Made by a program: the position numbers and the translations under genes. The notes beneath the pieces are model-generated. The model was not told the DNA's origin and searched no databases. It worked only from the letters and a program-made list of their open reading frames with translations. A stretch of DNA of 34,206 nt from Clostridia bacterium (GTDB lineage: Bacteria > Bacillota > Clostridia > Christensenellales > Aristaeellaceae): positions 1 to 34,206 of the forward strand of contig JAZUQI010000205.1 of the NCBI GenBank assembly GCA_045605625.1, read 5' to 3'. Shown one piece after another: positions 7,429 through 17,676 of this stretch (the first letter of the stretch is position 1; each line of letters opens with the position of its first letter).

Positions 7429-8066
7429 TTCAGTTCCTTCACCTTCTGCACAACGTTTCCCCGGTTCGCCGCCCGGAAGAAGGCCGTGCCCATCACCAGC
7501 ACATCCGCCCCGGCCTGTATCACCTTTTCCATATTTTCCAGGTTCACGCCGCCATCCACGGCAATATGCCCGGTGAAGCCCTGCTTACGCAGCCACGTGA
7601 TTTTTTCCAGCTGATCTTCCATCAGCTTCTGGCCGCCAAAGCCAGGTTCCACCGTCATAATCAGCACCCGGTCAATCAGCGGCAAATACCTGGCAATGGA
7701 TGCAATCTCCGTTCCCGGCTTCACCGAAAGGCCGCATTCAATGCCATAGCCTTTGATGGTTTCAAGCAAAGGCAGCGCATTTTCCAATACTTCCGTATGC
7801 ACGGTAATAGCAGATGCACCGGCCTTGTAAAACCTTTCCACCAGCGTTTCCGGGTTATCCATCATCAGGTGCACGTCCAGAAAATAGCCGGGAAAAGCCT
7901 CATGCACCGCCTTGCACAGCGCCGGGCCAAAGGACAGGTTTGGCACAAAATGGGCGTCCATCACGTCAAAATGCAGTGTTTTAATGCCATAGCGCTGCAA
8001 ATCCTGTAAATCCTGCTCCAGATGCAGCATATCCGCCGCCAGCATGGAAGGGGCAATTTCAATCAT
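7425..8066 (-). CDS. rpe: Ribulose-phosphate 3-epimerase
   Basis: IAPSMLAAD...LHFDVMDAHFVPNLSFG...VDGGVN; typical length of 213 aa. Confidence 0.93.
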   Translation of the reverse strand: MIEIAPSMLAADMLHLEQDLQDLQRYGIKTLHFDVMDAHFVPNLSFGPALCKAVHEAFPGYFLDVHLMMDNPETLVERFYKAGASAITVHTEVLENALPLLETIKGYGIECGLSVKPGTEIASIARYLPLIDRVLIMTVEPGFGGQKLMEDQLEKITWLRKQGFTGHIAVDGGVNLENMEKVIQAGADVLVMGTAFFRAANRGNVVQKVKELK

Positions 8067-8946
8067 AACGTTCCCTCCAGGTTTCTCGGCAATCCTTCAG
8101 GATTTGCCTGTATCGCTCCAAGCGCAAGGGGTGCAGCTTTCCTTCCGCTTCATCGGCACGCACGGCACAGCCGGGCTCCGCCGCATGATAGCAGGGAGAA
8201 AACTTGCACTTGCCTTTGTATTCCGCAAATTCGGGGTAATAATCCTGCAAAAGCACAGGGTCAAACACCGCATCCAATTCCAGCAGGCTGAACCCGGGGG
8301 TATCGATCATGCACACATCTCCGAAACGGAAAAGCTCCGCATGCCGGGTGGTATTCTTGCCCCTTTGGATTTTGCGGCTGATATCCCCCGTTTCCACCTG
8401 CAAGCCAAAGAGCTGGTTCAGCAGCGTGGATTTTCCAACACCGGATTGCCCGGAAAAGCAGCACACATGCCCGGAAAAATAGGCTTTCAGCGCTTCTTTT
8501 CCTTCGCCCGTTCTGGCGCTGACGGAAAACACATCCATCCCGGCCTGCCGGTACATATCCCGGGCCAATTGGAAGGTTTCGCCCGTTTCATCCAGATCCG
8601 CCTTGTTCACAATCAAAATGGGTTTCAGGTTTTCCCGGGCGGCGAAGATCATCAGTTTATCCACCAGCAGCCAATCCGGTGCCGGCTGCGGTGCCACCAC
8701 AATACCCATCAGTGTCACATTGGCCACCGGCGGCCGCAGGCATTGGCTTTTTCTGGGCAAAATTTCCTCCACCCAGCCGTGCTCATCGCTGATTTCGCCG
8801 GGGGTGAACAAAATCCTGTCCCCAACCAGCGGCGAAAGCCCCATGCGCCGAAATTTCTTCTTGGCCCGCAGCACATGTTCTTTGTTATCGGCATCCAAAG
8901 CGGTGTATAATCCGCCCCGGCCCCGAATGATAATGCCTTCTGTCAC
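8059..8946 (-). CDS. rsgA: Ribosome small-subunit-dependent GTPase A
   Basis: LIVNKADL, GQSGVGKSTLLN, and zinc-knuckle CKFSPCYHAAEPGCAV. Confidence 0.93.
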   Translation of the reverse strand: MTEGIIIRGRGGLYTALDADNKEHVLRAKKKFRRMGLSPLVGDRILFTPGEISDEHGWVEEILPRKSQCLRPPVANVTLMGIVVAPQPAPDWLLVDKLMIFAARENLKPILIVNKADLDETGETFQLARDMYRQAGMDVFSVSARTGEGKEALKAYFSGHVCCFSGQSGVGKSTLLNQLFGLQVETGDISRKIQRGKNTTRHAELFRFGDVCMIDTPGFSLLELDAVFDPVLLQDYYPEFAEYKGKCKFSPCYHAAEPGCAVRADEAEGKLHPLRLERYRQILKDCRETWRERYD

Positions 8947-10661
8947 AATCCGTTCTCCTCTGCCGCTTCTTCACCAGAAGCAGCATCATTTTCCAATACG
9001 TAAACAGCAATGGTCACTTTCGTTTGCTGCATCACTTCCTGCCCGGCGAAATATTCCACGGGCTCGTTATTTTCATAGGCCACAAATTTCTGGGCGGCCA
9101 CCCGGCCGATTTGCCCGGCATCGCTGACTTCCACTTCAATCAGCGATTCCAGATCCAGCCCATACTGGCGGATCATGGCCAGCGCTTCTTCTTTCGTCAT
9201 GCCCACAAGGTTTGGCAAGGTTACGCTGCCGCCGCTGAGCACCACTTCAATCACGGCCCCTGCCTCCACAGGCGTTCCTTCCACCGGGTTCTGGGAAAGC
9301 ACCGTGTCATAAGGCTTGGCAGATAACTGCTTGGACAAGGTGAACATTTTCAGCCCGTACTTTTCCAAATGATCTTCCGCTTCTTCCCGGGTCATATCCA
9401 CCACGCTGGGTGCCTCTTGCACCTGGGGCCCGGAGGAAACGGTGACAGTCACCGCTTCGTTTTTCTTCATCACCGTGCCGAATTCCGGCCATTGGGAGAT
9501 GACCGTGCCAATGGGCTTGATTTCATCGCTGGTGCGCTGCACAATCACTTTCAGCCCGGCCTTATTCAGCATCCGCTCTGCGCTTTCCAGGGTTTCATCC
9601 TGCACATAGGGCGCTTCCGCCACATTGATGACCCTTTCATAGAACAAAAAGCTTCCCCCAATAATCACCGCAAGGGCCACCAGCGCAATGCCCATCACCC
9701 CAAGGGTTTTCATCAGGCTCTTTTTCACGTCTTTCTTGGGTTTCAGGTTCATGGCGGTGGAGGAAAAGGTGTAAGTAGTATCCGTCACCTTTTGCTTGGC
9801 CGGGTTTTCCCGGTCCGGCAGGCGGCCAAGCCAGGTGCCATCCGGCTCTTCCAGGGCATGCTTGATATCCTGAGCCATTTCCACGGCCTGATGATAGCGG
9901 TTATCCAGCGTTTTTTCCATGGCCTTTTCCACCACATGGGCAAAGGCCGGAGGCACGGAGGGGTTCAGCTCCATCACAGATTTTGCTTTAGCCCCGATAT
10001 GCTGCATGGCAATGGCCACCGGGGTTTCGCCGTCAAAGGGAAGCTGCCCCGTCAGCATTTCATACAGCACAATGCCCACGCTGTATAAATCGCTGCCGTT
10101 GGTTACGTTTTCGCCTTTGGCCTGTTCCGGGGAAAAATAGTGCACAGAGCCCATCACGTTATCCGTCTTGCTGATGGTGTTGCTGCCGGCCACCCGGGCA
10201 ATACCAAAGTCCGACACTTTAATATGGCCGTCCGTGTTCACCAGAATGTTCTGGGATTTGATATCCCGGTGAATGATGCCGTTATCATGGGCGTGCTGCA
10301 GGGCAGAAAGAATGCGGATGCCTATCTGGGCCGCCACCGTGGGGGGCAAAGCGCCCTTTTGCTGAATCACATCTTTCAGCGTGCGCCCATTCACATATTC
10401 CATCACCAGATACCTCAGTTCCCCTTCCTGGCCCATGTCCAGCAGGTTCACGATGTTGTGATGGCTCATTTTACTGGCGGTTTGGGCTTCCCGGTCAAAC
10501 CGTTCCAGAAATTCTTCATCTTCCACAAATTCCGGCCGCAGAATTTTCACGGCCACGCTGTGCCCGGTACGCCTGTCCAGCGCACGATACACAAGGGCCA
10601 TGCCGCCTTTGCCGATGAATTCCGATAGTTCGTAGCGGTTATCTAAAACCTTGCCAATCAT
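8943..10661 (-). CDS. prkC: PASTA-domain Ser/Thr protein kinase (PrkC/PknB type)
   Basis: Kinase motifs GKGGMALVY, HRDIKSQNIL and DFGIA. One TM segment (GVMGIALVALAVIIGGSFLF) is followed by three PASTA-like repeats. 4-nt overlaps with both neighbours. Confidence 0.92.
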   Translation of the reverse strand: MIGKVLDNRYELSEFIGKGGMALVYRALDRRTGHSVAVKILRPEFVEDEEFLERFDREAQTASKMSHHNIVNLLDMGQEGELRYLVMEYVNGRTLKDVIQQKGALPPTVAAQIGIRILSALQHAHDNGIIHRDIKSQNILVNTDGHIKVSDFGIARVAGSNTISKTDNVMGSVHYFSPEQAKGENVTNGSDLYSVGIVLYEMLTGQLPFDGETPVAIAMQHIGAKAKSVMELNPSVPPAFAHVVEKAMEKTLDNRYHQAVEMAQDIKHALEEPDGTWLGRLPDRENPAKQKVTDTTYTFSSTAMNLKPKKDVKKSLMKTLGVMGIALVALAVIIGGSFLFYERVINVAEAPYVQDETLESAERMLNKAGLKVIVQRTSDEIKPIGTVISQWPEFGTVMKKNEAVTVTVSSGPQVQEAPSVVDMTREEAEDHLEKYGLKMFTLSKQLSAKPYDTVLSQNPVEGTPVEAGAVIEVVLSGGSVTLPNLVGMTKEEALAMIRQYGLDLESLIEVEVSDAGQIGRVAAQKFVAYENNEPVEYFAGQEVMQQTKVTIAVYVLENDAASGEEAAEENGL

Positions 10662-11368
10662 AATGCCACCTCCGCAATCAGCACGGTAACATTATCCTTG
10701 CCGCCGCCTTCCAATGCCTTTTCAATCATCAGTTCCACGGCGTCTTCCGGGGAATAATGCATCATAATTTTCTGCATTTCTTCCTTATTTACATATTCAT
10801 ACAGCCCGTCGGAACAAACCAGGTATTTATCCCCTCTTTGCTTTTCCAGCCGCTTCAGATACACATCCAGCCCGTCCGTCGCCGTGCCCACAGCTTGCGT
10901 GATCACATTCCGGTAGGGGTGCACCATGGCCTGTTCTTCCGTAATGGCGCCGTCACGCACCATCTGGGCCACCATGGAATGGTCTTCGCTCACCTGGGTG
11001 ATCTGGCCGCTGCGCAGCAAATAGGCCCGGCTATCCCCGATATGGCCAAGCAATATCTCTTTTTCATCTTCCCACAAAACCGTCAGCGTGGTGCCCATGC
11101 CGGACAGGGTGGGGTCTTTTTCCTGTTCTTCGTAGATCAGCCGGTTCACTTCATGAAAACCCTTTACCAGCGCATCTTCCCCGGGCGCTTGCCCTTCCAG
11201 CAGCCTGCCCAGCATCAAAACCGCCATCTGGCTGGCAATATCGCCGCCATTGTGGCCGCCCATGCCATCTGCCACGCCATACAGGCCCCATTTTCCATCC
11301 TGCAACAGCAGCGCATCCTGGTTGGATGCACGCACATTGCCAATATGCGTCTTGGAAACAACATTCAT
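10658..11368 (-). CDS. prpC: PP2C-family Ser/Thr phosphatase (Stp/PrpC)
   Basis: GNVRASNQD, GVADGMGGHNGG, and SDGLYEYV...GGKDNVTV. Confidence 0.92.
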   Translation of the reverse strand: MNVVSKTHIGNVRASNQDALLLQDGKWGLYGVADGMGGHNGGDIASQMAVLMLGRLLEGQAPGEDALVKGFHEVNRLIYEEQEKDPTLSGMGTTLTVLWEDEKEILLGHIGDSRAYLLRSGQITQVSEDHSMVAQMVRDGAITEEQAMVHPYRNVITQAVGTATDGLDVYLKRLEKQRGDKYLVCSDGLYEYVNKEEMQKIMMHYSPEDAVELMIEKALEGGGKDNVTVLIAEVAL

Positions 11369-12399
11369 TGCTTTCCCTCCGCCAATACTTTCTTTCGCAG
11401 CTGCCCGCAGGCCCCTTCAATATCATCGCCCATTTCACGCCGCCGGGTGGCGGAAATGTGCCGCTTGGTCAGCACATCCAAAAAGGCCTGCACCTGTTTT
11501 TGCGTTACGCCGTTCAGGTTCCGCTCCTTCACCGTGTTCAGGGGAATCAGGTTCACATGGCATTGCATGCCACGCAGCAAATCCGCCAGTTCGTTGGCCT
11601 GCTTTTCATCCGCATTCACGCCGTCAATCAGCGCATATTCAAACACAATCCGCCGGCCTGTTTTTTCCAGATAATACTTGCAGGCATCCACCGTTTCCTT
11701 GACGGTGTAGCGCCTGGCAATGGGCATAATCTTTTTCCGGATTTCATCATTGGGCGCATGCAGGGAAAGGCTTAAGGTAACCGGCAAATTTTCCTCCGCA
11801 AAGGCCCGGATCTTGTCAATCAAACCGCAGGTGGACAGGGAAATGTGCCGCAGGCTTATGTTCAGCCCATCGGGATGGGATACCAGATGCAAAAAGCGAA
11901 TCACTTCTTCGTAATTATCAAAAGGTTCGCCGCTGCCCATCAGCACAATATTGTGCACCTTTTCGCCATCCAACGTACTGTTGGCGCACATCACCTGGCC
12001 CAGAATTTCCGCAGCCGTAAGGTTGCGGATACAGCCGTCCAGCGTACTTGCGCAAAACAGGCAGCCCATCCGGCAGCCAACCTGAGTGGAAACGCACAGG
12101 GTGCAGCCGTAATGATAGCGCATCAGCACTCCTTCAATGCAATTTCCATCCCGCAGGGCAAACAGGAATTTCTTCGTCCCGTCAATTTTCGATTCCCGGA
12201 CGTCCATGATGGAAACGGGCTGATCCACGCCGCTGTTTTTCAGTTTTTCACGCAAGGCAAGGGAAAGGTTGCTCATTTCATCGAATGTAGCCCCTTTATG
12301 CAGCCAGGAAAACACCTGCCCGGCCCGAAATCCTTTTTCTCCCATGCCCTCCAGAAGCTGCTTCAGCTCCTGAGGATACAGCCCTAAATATTTCGTCAT
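11365..12399 (-). CDS. rlmN: 23S rRNA/tRNA (adenine-C2)-methyltransferase RlmN (radical SAM)
   Basis: FRAGQVFSWLH, radical-SAM cluster GCRMGCLFCAS, and a C-terminal GACGQL. Start placed at MTKYLG (12399), just after the rsmB stop; an upstream in-frame ATG at 12426 is possible. Confidence 0.9.
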   Translation of the reverse strand: MTKYLGLYPQELKQLLEGMGEKGFRAGQVFSWLHKGATFDEMSNLSLALREKLKNSGVDQPVSIMDVRESKIDGTKKFLFALRDGNCIEGVLMRYHYGCTLCVSTQVGCRMGCLFCASTLDGCIRNLTAAEILGQVMCANSTLDGEKVHNIVLMGSGEPFDNYEEVIRFLHLVSHPDGLNISLRHISLSTCGLIDKIRAFAEENLPVTLSLSLHAPNDEIRKKIMPIARRYTVKETVDACKYYLEKTGRRIVFEYALIDGVNADEKQANELADLLRGMQCHVNLIPLNTVKERNLNGVTQKQVQAFLDVLTKRHISATRRREMGDDIEGACGQLRKKVLAEGKQ

Positions 12400-12403
12400 C
12401 TTA

Positions 12404-14014
12404 TTACACCCTGCGCATCTTTGCAATATAGAAGCCTTCCATCTTGTCCCTATGGGGCAAAATTTGCAGGCCGTCTTCCCCGTAATGCTGCTGTGCCACG
12501 TCCGGCATGCCCTTGGGCAGCATGGCCATTTTGAATTCCGGGTGCTTTTCCAGGAATTTTTTCACCTGCAATGCATTCTCTTCCGGCAGAATGCTGCACG
12601 TGGAATACACCAGGTATCCCCCACGCTTCACATACTGGCAGCAGGTATCCAGCAGCTTTCTCTGGATGTCCGACAACTCCTTCACGGATTCCGCCGTGGC
12701 CCGGTATTTGATATCGGGCTTGTTATCCATCACCCCAAGGCCGCTGCAGGGGGCATCCAGCATAACGGCATCCATGGTGGAAATCAAATCTTCTTTCAGT
12801 TGCGTAGCATCCCGCACCGCCGGGCGCACATTATCCAGCTTCAGCCGCTTGGCCATGGCCCGGATCAGTGTCACCCTATGTTCATGCAAATCCCAGGCAT
12901 ACACACGGCCCGTGCCGTGCATGGTTTCCGCCAGATACGCCGTTTTTCCCCCGGGGGCAGCGCAGCAATCCAGCACCTGCATCCCGGCCTTCACGTCCAG
13001 CATCTGGGCGCTGAGCATACTGCTTTCCCCCTGAATGGAGAAATTACCAGCCAGGTAATCTGCATCCCGGGCAATTTCCGATGCCATCCGCACCCGGTAA
13101 GCATGGGGAACGGCGCCCTTTTCCTTTTCCCATACTTTCTTTTCCAGCAGGGTTTCAAAGGCGGCATCATCCATCCTGTTCAGGTTTGGGCGAATGGTGG
13201 TAAAGTGGGCTTCGCTGCGGTAGGCGCAAATGTTCAAGGCTTCCTGTTCGCCATAGGCTTCCACCAGCCTTTCCGCCAGCCACATAGGCACGGAAAACAT
13301 GATGGAAAGGTACTTTGCCCCTTCTTCGGGGGCAGGGTATTTCACCCGTTCCGGCTCACGCACCATGGAGCGCAGCACCGCATTGGTCACGCCGGTGAGG
13401 CCTTCCAGGCCCAGCATCCTCGTCAGTTTCACCGCTTCATCCACCACTGCATTGGCCGGAATCCGGTCATGGAACAGAAGCTGACAGGCGCTGATGCGCA
13501 GAATATCCTTCACCTGATCTTCCAACTTGCTTTCATCTTTCAGGTAAAAGCCCAGCACATAATCAATGCGAATCAGGTTTTCGATGGTGCGGTAAACAAT
13601 GCTGGCGCAAAAACGCTTGTCCAGCTGGGAAAGGTTGGCGTTCTTCATCTGTTCATCCAGGGAAAGGGCGGCATAGGCATCCTTGCGCACCACATCCCGG
13701 AAAATTTGCAGGGCCACCTTCCGGGAATTGGTGGTGGGCAAATCCTCCCGGGGCTTTTCGGGCTGCGCAGGGCGCTTGGGGGCAAAATCCCGCTTCACGC
13801 CGTCCTTGCGAAAGCCATCCTTGCGGAAACCTTCCTTCTTATAGCCATCCTTTGGAAAGCCGCCTTTTTTGCCATTCTCCCGGCGGAAGCCTTCTTTTTT
13901 TAAGCCCTCCCGCCTCCCGGCACTTTTCTGAAAGCCGCCGTTTCCTTTCCGTTCAAAAGGCTTTTTGAAATTTTTATCCTGGGGTTTGCCCTGAAAAGGC
14001 TTCTTTTCACTCAT
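12404..14014 (-). CDS. rsmB: 16S rRNA (cytosine967-C5)-methyltransferase RsmB with a ~95-aa basic repeat N-terminal extension
   Basis: NusB-like region (VALQIFRDVVRKDAYA), SAM site DCCAAPGGKT, and catalytic DAPCSGLGV and YSTCS. The N-terminus is Lys/Gly/Phe-rich (KKEGFRRENGKKGGFPKDGYKKEGFRKDGFRKDG). Confidence 0.9.
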   Translation of the reverse strand: MSEKKPFQGKPQDKNFKKPFERKGNGGFQKSAGRREGLKKEGFRRENGKKGGFPKDGYKKEGFRKDGFRKDGVKRDFAPKRPAQPEKPREDLPTTNSRKVALQIFRDVVRKDAYAALSLDEQMKNANLSQLDKRFCASIVYRTIENLIRIDYVLGFYLKDESKLEDQVKDILRISACQLLFHDRIPANAVVDEAVKLTRMLGLEGLTGVTNAVLRSMVREPERVKYPAPEEGAKYLSIMFSVPMWLAERLVEAYGEQEALNICAYRSEAHFTTIRPNLNRMDDAAFETLLEKKVWEKEKGAVPHAYRVRMASEIARDADYLAGNFSIQGESSMLSAQMLDVKAGMQVLDCCAAPGGKTAYLAETMHGTGRVYAWDLHEHRVTLIRAMAKRLKLDNVRPAVRDATQLKEDLISTMDAVMLDAPCSGLGVMDNKPDIKYRATAESVKELSDIQRKLLDTCCQYVKRGGYLVYSTCSILPEENALQVKKFLEKHPEFKMAMLPKGMPDVAQQHYGEDGLQILPHRDKMEGFYIAKMRRV

Positions 14015-14954
14015 GGTTCATTTCCTCATTTTTATCACATGCTGTTGCCGTCATGGGATGGCCCCGGAGGTAATCCGCCGCCTTCATCCGTTTGCCGCCC
14101 TGGGCCTGCAATTCGGTAATGCGCACGGCATTTTCCCCGGCCTTGATCAAAAGGCCCTTCTTGCCATCCGCTTCCAGTATATCCCCGGGGGTTCCTTCCG
14201 TGCAGGTTTCAACAACGCCCTGCCAGATTTTCAGCATTTCGCCGCCAATAAAGGTATAGGTTCCCGGCCAGGGGGAAAGGCCCCGAATGCGGCAAACGAT
14301 GTTTTCCGCCGTCATGCCCCAATCCACAAGGCCCATTTCCTTTTTCAGCATGGGGAAATAGCTCATTTCCTCATGGTTCTGGGGCACACGGGGGCACGTG
14401 CCCTTTTCTATTTTTTCAATGGTTTCAACCAGCAGCTCCGCCCCGATCACCGCCAGGCGTTCCGTTAATTCCCCGGCGGTTTCCCCGGGCAGAACATCCA
14501 CTTCTTTTTGCAGAAGAATATCCCCGGTATCCATGCCTTTATCCGTCATCATGGTGGTGACGCCGGTTTTTTCTTCGCCGCAGATAATGGCCCAGTTGAT
14601 GGGCGAAGAACCCCGGTATTTGGGCAGCAGCGAAGAATGCACGTTCACCGTGCCATACACCGGAATATCCAGTATTTCCTGGCTCAAAATCTGCCCAAAG
14701 GCGGCCGTTACGCACAAATCCGGCTTCAGCGCCTTCAAATCTTCCACGCTTTCCAGCCTGATTTTCACCGGCTGATACACCGGAATATCATGGGCCACAG
14801 CGCAGGCTTTCACCGGGCAGAATTCCATCTTCTTGCCCCGGCCCTTGGGCCTGTCCGGCTGGGTAAACACCGCTGCCACATCATACCCGGCCTTAATCAA
14901 TGCTTCCAGCGAAGGAACGCCAAATTCCGGCGTGCCAAGAAAAACGATGCGCAA
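14007..14954 (-). CDS. fmt: Methionyl-tRNA formyltransferase
   Basis: RIVFLGTPEFGVPSL and HSSLLPKYRGSSPI. I prefer the TTG start at 14954, preceded by GAGGAGG and lying just after the def stop. In-frame ATGs at 14972, 14978 and 14993 are alternatives. Confidence 0.9.
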   Translation of the reverse strand: MRIVFLGTPEFGVPSLEALIKAGYDVAAVFTQPDRPKGRGKKMEFCPVKACAVAHDIPVYQPVKIRLESVEDLKALKPDLCVTAAFGQILSQEILDIPVYGTVNVHSSLLPKYRGSSPINWAIICGEEKTGVTTMMTDKGMDTGDILLQKEVDVLPGETAGELTERLAVIGAELLVETIEKIEKGTCPRVPQNHEEMSYFPMLKKEMGLVDWGMTAENIVCRIRGLSPWPGTYTFIGGEMLKIWQGVVETCTEGTPGDILEADGKKGLLIKAGENAVRITELQAQGGKRMKAADYLRGHPMTATACDKNEEMNHE

Positions 14955-14958
14955 GGGA

Positions 14959-15426
14959 TTATTCCTCCTCATCCTCATCCTGAAGAATTTCATGGTCCAT
15001 TACGTCCACATACACCCGGCCATCCAGATGGTCAATTTCATGGCACAGGGCCCGGGCCATCAGGCCTTCGCCGGTGATTTCAAAGGGCTTGCCCTTTCTG
15101 TCCAGCGCACGGACGGTTACTTTATTGGGCCTGCGCACAAAGCCACGCCTTCCCGGAACGCTCAGGCACCCTTCCGCCCCGGCCTGTTCCCCTTCGGTAT
15201 AAATAATTTCGGGGTTAATCAGCTCCACCAGCCCTTCCCCGATATCAATCACCACCACTCGGCGCAAAATGCCCACCTGGGGTGCAGCAAGGCCCACGCC
15301 GTCGGCGTCATACATGGTTTCCGCCATATCCCGAAGCAGCAGCCACAGCCGCAGGTCAAATTTCTGCATGGGCTTACTGGTCATTCTCAAGGTTTCGTTG
15401 CCAAGGGTAATAATTTTGCGAATCAT
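14959..15426 (-). CDS. def: Peptide deformylase
   Basis: [26 protein letters not shown]. Confidence 0.95.
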   Translation of the reverse strand: MIRKIITLGNETLRMTSKPMQKFDLRLWLLLRDMAETMYDADGVGLAAPQVGILRRVVVIDIGEGLVELINPEIIYTEGEQAGAEGCLSVPGRRGFVRRPNKVTVRALDRKGKPFEITGEGLMARALCHEIDHLDGRVYVDVMDHEILQDEDEEE

Positions 15427-15441
15427 GGTTTCTTCCTCCTG

Positions 15442-17664
15442 TCAGGCAAGGGATGATGGATTGATTTCCAGAACGGTGTGGGCCCCCATATCCTGCCGGG
15501 CCAATTCCTGAAAGGCCGAAAGCAGTTCATCCGTATCCGGATGGTTAAGCAGTTTCAGCAGCACCTGGGCCCTGGCCCTGTCCTGAATACGGCTGATGGG
15601 GGCTTCGTCGGACCGCATGTATAAAATCCTGCGGTAAACGGCCTTGTTCTGGAAAGTATCCATGATGGTTTTCTTGATTTTTTCCGCCGCCGCCCGTGCC
15701 TTTTCCATTTCCTTGTCATCGCACAAAAAGCGCACCATCATGGTAAAGGGCGGATAGAGCGCCCTTTTTCTGCGTTCAAATTCATTGGTGAAGTAGGCCC
15801 TGTAATCCTGCATCAAGGCGCATTGCAGGGCGTAATGATCCGGCTGGTAGGTTTGGATCACCACTTCCCCCGGCTTTTCGCCCCGGCCAGCCCGGCCGGC
15901 CACCTGCACCAGCAGCTGGAATGTTCTCTCCGCCGCCCGGTAATCGGGGAAGTTCAGGCTCATATCCGCCATCACGGCCCCCACCAGCGTCACCTGGGGA
16001 AAATCCAGCCCTTTGGCAATCATCTGGGTGCCAAGCAGTATCTGGGCTTTCCCGGCCCGGAACTGGTTCACCAGGTCATAATGGGCGTTTTTGGTGGCGG
16101 TGGTATCCATATCCATGCGAATGATGCCCACCCCGGGATACATCTTCTTCAGTTCCTCTTCCACCTTCTGGGTGCCGGTGCCCATGGGCTTGATATATCC
16201 GCTGCCGCAGGAAGGGCAATGGGACGGCATGGGCTCGATGGCGCCGCAGTAATGGCAGCGCAGGGTTTTATCCACGCTGTGGTACGTCATGGATACATCA
16301 CAGCGGCTGCACTTGATGGTTTCGCCGCACTTGCGGCAGTTCACAGAAGATGCATAGCCCCTTCTGTTAATAAACAGCATGGCCTGCTGGCCGCTTTGAA
16401 TGCAGGCATCCAGCTTCTCCTTCAAAAGCGTGGAAAACATGGCCTTGTTGCCAAGCCGCAGTTCTTCCCGCATATCCACCATGTGGATCATGGGAAGGGG
16501 CCGGTTCAGAATTCGGTGGGGCATTTCAAGCAGCGCATAATCCCCCCGCCTTGCCATGGCATAGGAATAGATGCTGGGGGTGGCGCTGGCCAGCACACAC
16601 ACCGCCCCTTCCCTTTTACACCTCGAAAGGGCCATTTCACGGGCATCGTATTGAGGGAAGGATTGGGATTGATAGCTTTGCTCATGCTCCTCATCCACGA
16701 TGATTACCCCAAGGTTCTCCATAGGGGCAAACACGGCAGACCGGGCGCCGATCACAATCCTTGCATCGCCAAAGCGGATGCGCCGCCATTCGTCAAACCT
16801 TTCCCCTGCGGAAAGCCGGGAATGCAATACCGCCATGGTATCCCCAAAGCGGCTTTTGAACCAGTTGATCATCTGCGGCGTCAGCACAATTTCGGGCACC
16901 AGAATAATGGCCCCTTTGCCCATCTTCACCGCTTCCCGCACCAGATGGATGTATACCTCCGTCTTGCCGGAACCGGTAACGCCGTGCAGCAGGAAAGGCT
17001 TTTCCGGCCTCTTCAGCGCCGGGATCATTTCCCCCAGCACTTCCTCCTGTTCCATGGTAAGCTGTTTATCCGCCCCCTCATCCAGATGCCCGGCATAGGG
17101 GGAGCGCAGCTTTTCCACGGAAAGGATTTTCACCATCTCCCTCTCCTGCAAATAGAGAAGGGCCGGCCGTGCATCCTTTACCAGCACACGCATTTCTTCC
17201 ATGCTGTGCATTTCGCCGTCGGACAAAATGGTGAGGATCAGTTTCCTTTTCTTGCTTCTTAATTCCTTGGCAATGGCTTCATCTACCAAATCCACCGGAA
17301 TATTCAGCTGCACCATTTCCTCCGTTTTCACATGCACCCGGTTGCCCCGCATTTCCGCCGGCAGCATCAGCCGCATGGCTTCGCACAAGGGGCAATGGTG
17401 CTTTTCCCGTATTTCTTCCGCCAGGGCCATCAAAGGCGGCAAAAGGGCCGGATAGCTTTCCAGCGTTTTCAGTACGGGCTTTATTTTTGCCGGGTCATAA
17501 TCCGCCGTTTCTTTCAGGCGGATCACAAACCCTTCTTTTTTCATCCGTCCAAAGGGCACTTCCACCCGCATACCGGGCTGCAGCTGCATATTTTCAGGAA
17601 CGGCATAGGTGAATACACGGTCGACCTGCTCCGCAGCAATATCCACGATGATCTCCGCGTACAC
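15442..17664 (-). CDS. priA: Primosomal replication-restart helicase PriA
   Basis: Walker A GVTGSGKTEVY, DEEH box, and a Cys-rich zinc region (CRKCGETIKCSRCDVSMTYH...CHYCG...CPSCGS). GTG start follows GGAGGGG. Confidence 0.93.
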   Translation of the reverse strand: MYAEIIVDIAAEQVDRVFTYAVPENMQLQPGMRVEVPFGRMKKEGFVIRLKETADYDPAKIKPVLKTLESYPALLPPLMALAEEIREKHHCPLCEAMRLMLPAEMRGNRVHVKTEEMVQLNIPVDLVDEAIAKELRSKKRKLILTILSDGEMHSMEEMRVLVKDARPALLYLQEREMVKILSVEKLRSPYAGHLDEGADKQLTMEQEEVLGEMIPALKRPEKPFLLHGVTGSGKTEVYIHLVREAVKMGKGAIILVPEIVLTPQMINWFKSRFGDTMAVLHSRLSAGERFDEWRRIRFGDARIVIGARSAVFAPMENLGVIIVDEEHEQSYQSQSFPQYDAREMALSRCKREGAVCVLASATPSIYSYAMARRGDYALLEMPHRILNRPLPMIHMVDMREELRLGNKAMFSTLLKEKLDACIQSGQQAMLFINRRGYASSVNCRKCGETIKCSRCDVSMTYHSVDKTLRCHYCGAIEPMPSHCPSCGSGYIKPMGTGTQKVEEELKKMYPGVGIIRMDMDTTATKNAHYDLVNQFRAGKAQILLGTQMIAKGLDFPQVTLVGAVMADMSLNFPDYRAAERTFQLLVQVAGRAGRGEKPGEVVIQTYQPDHYALQCALMQDYRAYFTNEFERRKRALYPPFTMMVRFLCDDKEMEKARAAAEKIKKTIMDTFQNKAVYRRILYMRSDEAPISRIQDRARAQVLLKLLNHPDTDELLSAFQELARQDMGAHTVLEINPSSLA

Positions 17665-17676
17665 CCTTTCCCCTCC

